Source: Gnetum montanum (lineage: Eukaryota; Plantae; Gnetophyta). From it: DNA of 64,000 nucleotides. The notes under the pieces were generated by a model. The model did no database searches. It saw nothing but the letters and a program-made list of their open reading frames with translations, and was not told the origin of the DNA. Position numbers and translations under genes: made by a program. Position 1 is the first letter of the stretch; every line of letters starts with the position of its first letter. Below are positions 39,801 to 51,190 of this stretch, one piece after another. The stretch lies in NCBI GenBank assembly GCA_015680685.1, contig MNCI01002538.1, forward strand, positions 454,110-518,109, written 5' to 3'.

Positions 39801-40365
39801 TCCACAGGCGAATGAGTAGGTAGAGGCTACAAATAAGTTCATCATCAAATTGCTGAAGTGGATGCTTAACAACAGCAAGAGGTGGTGGCATGAGAAAATC
39901 CTCTACATTCTATGGGCCTACCGGATGACATGCAAGACCGCCACAAGTAAGACCCCTTACAGCCTTGTTTATGGATCTGAAGCTGTGTTGCCTCTTGAGT
40001 TGCAGGTACCATCACTTTGGATGATCCTGTCTGATGTCATGAGTGAAGCCCAGAACAATGAGTCGTAGATCATCGACCTCGACACAATAGAAGAGGAGCG
40101 CGTGTAGACGTTGAGACGCATTGAGCACTACCAAAGCAAGCAGCAACATAAGCACCGTGCAGACCCACATTGATGACTAGTGCAGAAGGGATACCTCATC
40201 CTAAAGTCCATTTGTGAGTATGTGAACAAATTCTCAGCCAACTAGGAAGGTCCTTACGTGGTCACTAAAGCCTTCAGGAATGAAGCCTTCAAGCTGGTAG
40301 ACATGGACGACAACGAGTTCGCCAATCTGGTGAATCACTCATACCTTAAGCCATACTATGTCTGA
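36886..40365 (+). mobile_element. Decayed pol of a Tat/Ogre-type Ty3/gypsy: RT, RNase H, archaeal-type RNase H, integrase
   Basis: DVFAWSY (~37215), EWVSNVV, GHALLSFMDGFSEYNQI, MPFGLKNAGETYQ, PLFIYLATSD; second RNase H LHFDGAS...NNVVEYEGL (38645-38780); HERLCGGH...YWPHM, PFQRWGLDLIGP, FTKWVEA, LWAYR, TPYSLVYGSEAVLPLE, EGPYVV; ends LKPYYV*. Confidence 0.93.
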
Positions 40366-40384
40366 AGCACAAAAGCAGCCACCA

Positions 40385-40600
40385 CCATCTGCTACGATGA
40401 TAAATTGGCAATGACACCAAGCAGCGTCCACAACGACATTAAACTAGCATCATCAAGCACTATCTGCTATGACGAAAAACTAGCACAGCTTGTCTGCTAT
40501 GATGTTAAACTAGCATGTACGGTCTGTTGGGACCTTAAACTAGCACAGCAGTTTGCTAGGACCTTAAACCAACACACAGTCTACCGAGACCTTAAATTTG
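40385..40600 (+). repeat. Tandem array (~7 units, 28-36 bp) directly after the integrase stop
   Basis: Core CTGCTA(C/T)GA(T/C)GTTAAACTAGCA with variable linkers; the last units change to GACCTTAAA. Confidence 0.85.
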
Positions 40601-41439
40601 GTTTTTGTCACATCCCCGACGTGCATCTACGCCAAGTATGCATCGAACGAGCATGAACAATGCTAATGCGAGGGTGGGACATTGCAGCTCTATAATGTAG
40701 TTCATGATGCAATGGGAATGCGCTCTGGGGCACACATGACGTCACCACCCTTGGCATCATGCTGACCCTCTGGAGATGTCGTATGATGTCACACTGTCCC
40801 TCTAGACCTACCGTCGCCACGGCCCATCGCCCTGACGGTAGTTCCTTGTCTAGTTCCCGCAGCTGGAGTTCCAACAGTACTATGGCCCAACCATAATATT
40901 GTTACTCCAGCTCCCTACCAATGCCTGGGCTGGCATGAAATTTAGCTATGTGGTAGTTGATCCCATAGCTAAACTGAGAATGTATGCCTTTAGTAGGGAT
41001 TTTAGTGCATCCACACTCACAACAACTCCCGGCGTCTTAGAGGCCAGCTCCTCTGCACCGGTGCTATCAAGACCACTACTGGCCTTCCTTGCTTGGACAT
41101 CGTGCACTAGTGCTGGTGTCCAAGAGCTTCAAAAATGTTTGTAGCTAGCAAGAGCTTTGTCCTCGCTGGTCGAGGGTGCATCTTGCTACAGCAGCAAATG
41201 CTACGGCACCACGAAGCGAGTGCCTTGACTAGCTCAGCTACTTTAGAGTGAAAATTCCATGATGTGCATGACACAACTCACCATATGGAAAGCATATGTA
41301 GGTAGGTCAAAAACCTTTCACAGATGTAACACAACTCATCCTGCAAAGGAAACACCTATCCTACGAGAGGTTGAAGAACAGCGCCAGCCAAAGATGAAAA
41401 TGTGAACGAGCCCCTCATAAGCACTGCAATGAGGGACTC

Positions 41440-43230
41440 TGCTAAACATCATATTTTCTCTCTACCTTAACCTCTACAAAACTAATGCAACACTCTCAAG
41501 CATAGCCGAGTGACGTCTCAGCAATCACCAAGCGGCAACACTAGCATCACATCTTCCGTGGTGTTTCATTTTCTTTGTCAACGTCTATTGAGCCCATTCT
41601 CCAAACATCGACAAAGAGGGGCCAATGAAACACCCCAAAAATTTGAAGTCATTCTCGCTTCACCAGGTCTTACAATTCATGCAGCACCACGATAATTCTT
41701 TGGGAGGAGAATGCTCTGAGTTCAGGCTAGCCAATTCGGAAAATTTTCTACTTTAGGTGTAAACAGGTTCTATGGATCATCCTACCTGTCCACCTAAGTA
41801 GTTTTCCTAGCCAACAACCTACTCAGAAACGGTGCGCAAAGTTGACAGCAGCGTTCAGGATGCATGAAATTGTTTGGCAAGTTTTCTAAGTCAAGAAGTC
41901 TGCTATGCTATGCTACCTCCCACCATGTAGCTTAGCAAGCTTCAGAAAATGACTGCAAAATGAAGTGTTATGCTATGCTACGTAGCCCAGCGTAGCATGG
42001 AAACAGCTATACAACTTCAAGTCCTTCAACAATGTCCCTTTCTGTCAGAAAGCAATAGACGATGTCTCCTACTATGCTACATTGAGCTACATGGTGCAGC
42101 AAGACATAGCAATCCTACAAAAGAGACAGAAGGTAGTTCAAAGGGCAGAATCAGCAAGTTTGCAAGTCTCACAACACAGAAAGCAAAGTTTGCAAATTAG
42201 TAAATTTTTCACGACTAAGGCCAATCGCTACTCTATGTAGTGTAGCATAGCGTAGCAAGCATGCAACACACATGTAGCAGAATGCATGACAAGGTGCTAC
42301 GCTATGCCAAGCATGCTACGCTACAAAGCACAAAAAGGCATGCAGGTGGTTGTGCGACATCAATGCACTTCACCTAATAGGACTATTGGAACATGTCTCC
42401 AGACGTTGACGATGCAATTACGGTGTGGCAGGCTCACAGTTACAGCATGGTAGGCTCGCATTACAACAGTCATGCAAGTCCAACGGTCATGCATGGTACG
42501 TGCAACACGAGCAAGTCAACGTGGTCCCAAGGCACGTGGCATCCAAATTGCCACTTTCGTGTGCCCTTGGTCCTATAAATACCCCAACGAGTAGCATTCA
42601 AAGGGTTAGAAATTTAAAAAGGTTTGAATTTTTCCTTACTCTTCAACTTTTCCTCTATCTAGCACTCAAGTTCTCTTCCCAACGCATTGTAACATCAAGC
42701 ATTATAAGCTTTCTATTTGACACTGCAAATAGTTAGTATTTGTAGCTAGCATTTTGTCCTATCCCCTTTCTACCACCTTGGTAGAATCCCCGCATTGTCA
42801 ACACCCAAGTCCATGCCCAAGTGCACAACCTATTTTTCTCTACACATCTTGGTTACCCTCTGGATCTCTACACTCCACCATGCTGTGCGACCGACTATAT
42901 CCTCCTTGATAGAGCAAACTTGTAGCTTCGGAGAGGTGCATTTTTCTAACTACATTTTACTTTGTTTCCTGCTTATTGTTGCATTTTTCACTATTTTTCT
43001 GCTTTATTTACTTTCAAGTATTACTTCGCATTTTCGTTGCCATTTTCAAAACTATATGTTGCAAAAGGCTATATAGACATCGATTAAGTCCATGTTTGAT
43101 CGACCAGACTATTCAGGGCACCCCATATCTGCTCACACCTAGCACTGCCCTCCCATGGATACGGGGTCAATACTGTCATGCTCGCCAACCCCTCGGTGTT
43201 TTCCAGCCACCGACATTTTCGATCGCTACA
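41440..43230 (+). mobile_element. 3' LTR of the Tat/Ogre element
   Basis: TG follows CATAAGCACTGCAATGAGGGACTC; TATAAATA at ~42574; ends ...TCGCTACA. Its 5' and 3' blocks resemble 52410-52478 and 45530-45670 / 53955-54100. Confidence 0.7.
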
Positions 43231-46200
43231 TCAAAAAGAATAGTCTGCCCATATGAGGACTAGATCCTCAAGATAATTGGAAATTAAAATGAATGGGAAT
43301 CATCATCATCAACTACCAACTCAAAACAATCCATGATTCATTTCCAAATGGCTTACAATAAGGTAAGCCTACTAGAGAATCGCACCAAGGAAGTCCCACT
43401 GAAGCCCCAAAACTAAGAGAGAGTACATGAGATCTTACCTTTCTTACAAAAGAGGAAGTATATACATCAATTCTACATCAGCTGCATGGTCTCAGAAAGG
43501 ATATTTCGTGAATTCAAATATGGTAACAATAACGTATCTTTTAAAACTAGCCCTAAGAGTTCAAGCACATGGAACCACTACTTAGAACAAGTCCCAACAT
43601 CAACTATTGTTAAATCCCATCTAGGGAACAACTATCTCAATACAGCCTACATTATTCTATTGGAAACTAAAGAAGGTATCCATCAGAGTAGAGAATGGAC
43701 CACGCCATATGGATAGAGAATCACTATGTAACAAAGTGCTCGGTAATGCTATCCCACCAAAGAGTTTGGGACACTAACATAATCCACAATACACCAGAGA
43801 GATGGGGTGAGATACCCCATAGCCTACATAAGTATCATAAGACCCTATCATGAGAACACACCATAAGCCCCTATTCATGGAGGCACAAGCTCAAGTGTTT
43901 TCTAGCACATGCAGGTCCACCATGTATGGCCTCCAAGAGAAATCAATGATTTGTGTAACTATAACACCATTTTTTCAAGCATGAACCACCATCCCAACAC
44001 TTGCAAAAACTACTCCAAGATCACATCTAAAACACCATCAAATTTGGACTATAGCATCTCAACTACAAATTTGGCTAAGTGTTAAGACTATGCTTGACCT
44101 AAGTTGAGAGCGTAGTTAGCCTCTAGTGGAGAGCATACTCAACACAAAAGGCTAGTTTTACAATTCTTTTTCTAATTGTCACCACAAAGCCAGCTATTGC
44201 AATTTTTTCCAAGTGTTGGGAGTATGGTCTCCACTACCCTAGAGCGTAGTTAGCCTCTCATGGATAGCATAGTCAACATGAAGGCCCAGTTTCCATAGAT
44301 TTTTCCAAGTGTTGAGACTACACTCTCATCCAACCTATAGTGTAGTCGAATCAAAAGCCAATTTTCATAAGTTTTGACAAGTGTTGGAACTACACTCATC
44401 CCAAGTTAGAAGTGTAGTTAGCCTCCGTGGAGACTGTAGTCAGCACATGGCTGATCTTCCACAAATTTTTTCTAAGTATGAGACTATGCTCTTCCCTAGT
44501 CTAGAGCATAGTCAAGTGTAGTTAGCTGGAATGGCCTTCAGTGGCCTTCACAGCATGGCAAGATCACTTACCTTAGCTCTAACTCATCTCCAGCAAGCAT
44601 AGTTAGCAAAGTGCATCTCTTTGGTATCTCCTTCTATCCCTAAAATTATAACTATGCTCTACCCCAGGTAAGATAGTGGAGAGCATAGTTTTGGAGCGTA
44701 GTCTCCAAAATTTCATTTTTTCAAGTACCTTGCGATCCTCTCAACACATGCACATGCAGTTGGTAGTGTAGTCATAATCTTACAGTCTCATAGAGTCCAA
44801 CAGAGCATAGTGAAACACAACACCATCAACATTATCAATACACCACATGAATAGTGACTATGCTTAGTTTTTTCCTAACCATCCCCTTTTCCATGTGGCA
44901 TTCACCCCACATTTCATGCTAAACCTAACCCTATAAATACTCCTACACTGAATGTTCTTAAGCTTGGCACATTTGAAGCATTGGAAAATGTTAGAGTTTA
45001 CAAATTAGCAAACTAGAGAATTGACAAACCTAAGAAGTGCCTGGAAGAGAACCAGAGGCATATTGGCAAATTTGTAGACCACCACAGCCTATCGCAATCC
45101 ACCAAAACACTACAGCCCAAGGTACACTATAGTAGCCAACCAGGTAGATGCAGACACCCCTATGGAATGTTAATCTTCATAGCCAAACACCTACAAGACT
45201 ATGACTATGCTATCCACTATGCCTATTATGCACCATGTACCTTCTAACCCCATTTAGTGTTAACTTTTCTCAACCTCATTTGGGGTGGTGTTCTATTTCT
45301 TCACTCTCTTTCTCTTTCCATTTTTAGCATTTCATTTGCACTTTTTGTTGTTTCATTACATAGCCACAACTAAAACTACACTAGGGTAGTAGTCTCCACA
45401 TGTTGGCACTCTCATTTTCACCAAAAACCTAACTATGCTTAACCCCATTGACACTATTGACATCGCTTGAACACTTAGTAATGTTTTGCATCAACATCAT
45501 AGCTAACCATGTTGCACCCCGATCACATTTGGTAAGTCCCTATTCAATTGACAAGATCATTTAGGGCACCTCATATCCACCTCCAATAGGCCCTCATGTG
45601 GACTCAAGGTTAGGTTGTGTGCTTGTAAACCTATCAATGTTTTAGCCATTTACATTTTCAATTATTACAATTTTCTAACATTAGAAGGAGGGCCAAACCA
45701 CTCTTTTGGACTTCGTTGTGGTTGTCTTGCATGCTCTTTACATCATAGTTATCTATCAACTTGTTGGTGTAGATTAGACACTATAGTTGATCCCCCTGGG
45801 ACCTTGCATAATAATCCAAATCACACTTCTCTCCATTTTTTTGCTAAGTCTTCATTCTCTCAGCATAGAAAACATAGTTAGCTTCAGCATAGAGAGCATA
45901 GCCTGTGAAGAGCATAGTCAATGTAGTCAATGTTAGCTAAAATACAATTAGTTTCAGTGTCATCCATAGTACTCAAAAACTAGTAACGTATAGCACTCCC
46001 TTTCACAACTCAATCTACAACCATAAATCGAAATCAACCTTCAATATTGGTGTCAATCATACTTGACCCCTTTACCATCAAACAAGAGGCCAGGATTGAC
46101 AACCATGGGAATCATGTGATGGCCGAGCTAAGGCAATTCTTTAGGCTATGTAGCCAAGATCTAGAGTATGCCATGCTTAGTAATGAACAATACAACTTTA

Positions 46201-49200
46201 TATGTGCAAAGATCAAGGCAAGGTTACCCATGGATCACCTTAACATGGAGGCAAAATGATACTTTGAATTAATCCACAAGGATGGATAGGAGTACATCCC
46301 TTCCACATTTGACATCATCTTACTCATAAAGTCCCACCACCAGTTACTATCCTTCCTCATTTGACTAAGTGAGTGCAACATGGGAATTGACTATGAGGAA
46401 GCTCTACAAGGGGGAAGAAGATAAGTTCGAAGCTTGCTCTAAACATGAGAGCCCCTTCCACACCATCTTCCAACAACAACTTTCCAATCTAGTTCCCCTC
46501 AGTTTAGTTCACGCATCCTCCCCAATATAGTTATAACACCAACATCACCTTCACACTCTATAAGGCTTAGGTTGATGCCTTTAGTGGCAATGCATCAAAT
46601 CTAATACATGAAATATGATGCAATAGCTCCATTTAACCTACCTTTCATGTCATCATCTGAACTTGCCTAGTCATCTTGGCCAACAGCAATCATGTTAGCT
46701 CAACCCTACATTCATGCAAGGCTTGTCTCCAAGCCCCAAATGACTCAGGAATCCTGTGTCCTTCCTATTTTGTTGATGCCCTTGGTGTCAGTTCAACCCA
46801 TGTGTGCATGGCTTGCCCAATTACCACACCCATAGCACAACCAACACATCAACCATATCGTGTGGCTCCACAACCGAAAATTTGGCCCTAGGCCATACAA
46901 CCAACATAGTGGATAACATAGCCAACGCAACTAGCTAGGGCATCTTAAAACTTGGATTCGGCATTCTAGCTAATCCAAAGTTTGATAGAGGAGGTGAGGT
47001 AACTCAAAGATACTTCCTCCAAAATCATCAAGGTGGAGGACTTCTACCAGGATGACCCTATAAGTTCTAGGATCCTGCTATTCCAATTTATCAAGTACAA
47101 TGATGAAGGAGAGCCCAATGTGCACTTGGTCATGTTTAGGTCTAAGTGCCTACTACTGCAGGCCTAGCTGCATGCCATCACATGCATATTTATCATGTTG
47201 CTGACTTGCAAAGCACTAGATTGGTATCAAGAATTTCCCAGAGGTTCTATTTCCTCTCTAGAAGACCTCTTAAGCCAATTTTTGATGCACTTCAAGGACA
47301 AATTGAAGCTAGAAGCAACCTTGGAGTAGCTAATATAGGTCAAGCAAAGACCCCTAGAACTTGTGTAAAAATTCATCCAATGATGGTGTGCCTCATTGAA
47401 TGCAATATGAGAGCCCATATCTGAGGCACACCTCTTAGCTATCTTCAAGGACATGGTTAATGATTTTAGAAAATCAAATCTTTACTATCTAGGCCTGCAA
47501 TCTCTAAGCTAAGTCTTTGCTTAAACCAAGAGCATAAAAGATGCAGTTGAAGCTAGTAAGAACCTAACCTACATGGCCTACAAAAACTTGCATGTGAGGA
47601 AAGACAAGGATAAAGGAAAAAAATGCAACCATGGAAATTGTGGCCAAAGAAGATAAAAAAATGAACCCAGGGCCAATGACTAGGTCACCCAAGGCCTTGG
47701 CTAACAACAAAGCCACTAGCCCTAGCACTACAGCAACTAAGTAGCCCATGTCATTGGTATCCATATCGCAAGCTACTCCAAGGCCTAACTTTAAGCACAA
47801 GGATCGCTTCAAGTACATCCTATTACCATTAAAACCTTCAAAACTATTGGATTAAATACTAAAGACTAAACGTATCCAATATAAGTAGATGTCCGAGGAT
47901 GCTTGCAAAAGATATGATAGATATTGCAAGCTCCTAAGAAATCCTACATTGGTAGCATCGAATGAACCCCCAGTCCCGAAACACTTTAGGCTAGAACAAT
48001 TTTGCCACTACCACCAACTGGCCAATCATAATACCAATTTTTGCATAGCCCTATAGAATGATCTCCAAAGAATGATTGACAAAGGTGAGTTGGTACTTAA
48101 CATTGATAACCTAGTTAGACCTTAGAACTAATCTATTAGGATGTACAAGGACCCTCTAAAAGCAAATGATGCTAACTATGTCATAAATGGTATTAGTGTA
48201 GATGACAATCCAAAGCTAGTATAGTGGCCATTTGTGGTCCATGTGCCTTCTAGTACTACAAGTGCCTCCATGACCCCTATGGGTTTGAGGCCCCCTTTCA
48301 TCATCAAAGTGCCACCTCAAACACCTACAACTCCCTTCATGGTTAGGATCTTTCAACATGTCACAAAAATAATAGTTCAGCCACCCTTTATCATTAGGAT
48401 GTCACAACATGTTGACTCCTCACCTACTTAGCATCCGATAGTGAGCAACACATTAATCCCTTCTCATCCAAGATCCAATCTTACTAGCAACATTAACAAA
48501 CCCTTTAGTCGCAACCTGGGAGGCCTAATGAGAATCTCATAGATAGAATGATTAGGCAATGTCAAGAGTAAAGGGTGTTGGGTCTACCAAAGTTGGTCCA
48601 TATATCTATGATCCCTATGGCTGAAAAAATTGAGGAGGCCACCACTAGCAACCCACAACCAAGAACTAGGGCCCCTATGCAAAACAAGCCAATAAAGTCC
48701 AAGTTGCCTCCCTGCAAAATTCGTCTCTTAGGACATATGAAAGAAGTCAAAGCTAATAAAAATGCAATTGATGGCAAAGACTTTATGGATGCATTAGCCT
48801 AAGTAAGCAAGCACTCAAGCAGAAGAACATAACGTTGAGCCTCTATGATCTAATCATGACCTCATTTTCCCATCATGAAGCACTAGTGTAGATGCTAAAC
48901 TCCATTTCTGTCACAGAGGACATCCCAAAAAATGAGAATTCCATCCATGTAGTGATGTTGCCCACTATACCATGGGAGTCGAGCTCCACATCACTTGCAT
49001 TTCTTGATGAGACAATTAAGATTAACTCTAAGAAGGGTGAGGTCATAAAAACCCCCATGTTTATCACCATATGTGTCAAGCAATGCAAGATTCAAAGGAT
49101 GCACATTGACGATAGGGTAGCAACAAATGTTATCCCATACATCATTGTTGATAAGTTAGTCCTTATGAACTAAATCAAGCCAATGAAAACCACATTCCTA

Positions 49201-49989
49201 AAGTCCTTTAATGGGTTGTACGTCATCATTAAGGGTACCATCACAATAGTCTTCGTGGTAGGGGAGTAATTCCCCATCACTACCAAATTCATCATCATAG
49301 AGGAAATGCCTAGCATTAACTTAATATTGATCAAGCCATGGTTGGCCCAATTATGGGCCATATCCTCTCCAATCCACTAAGAAATCCATCTTCCATACAA
49401 AGGTGGCAAGGTTGTTATGCTCAATGATAATGTAGCCCCTCTATCCATCAACATAGAGCTAGGGTCAAAGGTGAAATTTCCTAATGATGCATCTGTAGCA
49501 AAGGATGAGAATGAAACACATGAGGCAAACCCACATGAAAAGATGTAAGAAATTGGCAACTTACCATAGGATGTTCTTTGGGTAGAATTACCCTTTAACA
49601 TAGTGAGCGAGGGTCCAAGAGACTATTGAATAGTGCATCCTAGGCCTTATGCACCTCCTAACCCACACCGGATTAGGAAGCAACTGCATGAATAAGGTAC
49701 CCCCTTAGCGCAAGACATGCTAGGTTCTAGCCTACCCTTTTGCTTCTATGTGCCATGTATTTTTAACTTTTTCTTTCATTGCATTTGTTTATGTATTTAC
49801 ATTTGGCATGATTTCTTAGATTATGCATCCTTTCGCTTTGTTTATGCATTTATTTGATTTGATTACACGTTCATCCACTTAGTTATGCACTTAACCTATT
49901 AGTTCATACCTTTGCAGTTATTAAGAAAACATCAAAATGCACAAAAATTATAAAATACAAAATTACAAAAAGAGAGATAGCAACATACT

Positions 49990-50515
49990 AGGCCTAGAAT
50001 GGCCATAAACTACTATTGTTAATTCTATTAATGTGGCCCAAAATAGCCTTACACTAGTAACCTTGGCTCGCTATGGCCTTAAACTGGCAACATGTGGCCC
50101 ACCATGGCCTTAAACTGGCAACATGTGGCCCACCATGGCCTTAAACTAGAAACATGTAGCCTATTATGGCCTTAAAATGACAATGTTGTGGCCTACCATG
50201 GCTTTAAACTGGCAACATTGTAGCCCAAGATTGTCCTAAACTAACAATCCAAGACCCAAAATGGCCTTAAACTATCACCATGGCCTAGAATGGCCTTAAA
50301 ATATCACAAAGACCTAGAATAGCCTTAAACTATTTCCAACAGTCTACTATGGCCTTAAACTAGTAGTGCAAGGGCCTGTAATGAACTTAAACTACCATAT
50401 CATCATGGCCTAAAATGGCCAAAAGCTAGCATTGGCCTACTATGGCCTTGAACTAACATGGGGTCCATCAAGGCTTCAAATTAACAATATACTCACTATG
50501 GCTTGCAATGGCCTA
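49990..50515 (+). repeat. Tandem array 1 (~17 units, ~31 bp)
   Basis: Consensus GGCC(C/T)ACYATGGCCTTAAACT(G/A)GCA plus linker; nearly identical adjacent units at ~50065-50160. Confidence 0.92.
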
Positions 50516-50621
50516 GACTCACATGCTCATAGTAAATGCAATAAAATCATCATATGCCATACTTGAAGCCATCCTACATTTAGCATGCAACACTACACAT
50601 CACTAAAGCAAGTAAGCACTT

Positions 50622-51190
50622 GTCCACTATGATGCTAAACTAGCACAACACTCATCTGCTACGATGTTAAATTAGCATAACATGTATCTTCTAGAATGTT
50701 AAAATGGCACAGAGACAACACATCTGCTATGATGTTAAACTAGCATAGTATTTTATCTGCCATAATGCTAAACTAACATAGCTTATCCTTAGATCACAAT
50801 GTTAAACTAGCATAGCAGCTCATCTGCTATGATGTTAAAATAGCACAGAAATCATCCACTATGATGTTAAATTAGTGTATCACATCCACTATGATGCTAA
50901 ACTAGCATAGTAGCATGTCCACTATGATGCTAAACTGGCATAATAGCTCATATGCTATGACACTAAACTAGCATAGAAACTCATCCACTACAACATTAAA
51001 CTAGCAAGGCATTCATCCGCTATGATGCTAAACTAGCATAACACATCCACTATAACGTTAAACAGGCATAGCTCGTCCACTACGATGTTAAACTAGCAGA
51101 TAACAGTCTACTAGGACTATAAACTAACATAGCATGATCTACTACAACCTTAAACTAGTAAGTCCATGGTCTACCATGACCTTAAACTAG
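50622..51190 (+). repeat. Tandem array 2 (~18 units, 30-36 bp)
   Basis: Core C(C/T)(A/G)CTATGATG(C/T)TAAACTAGCA with variable ~8-14-nt linkers; same family as 40385-40600. Confidence 0.92.

Noticed and set aside
43231-44027. Host gene fragment (ORF 43486-43716)
   Set aside because: No recognisable motif or splice structure; composition matches the surrounding decayed repeats.
49990-51190. CRISPR array
   Set aside because: The linkers are short (~8-14 nt) and related to each other, the cores are degenerate, there are no cas genes, and the context is a plant LTR retrotransposon.
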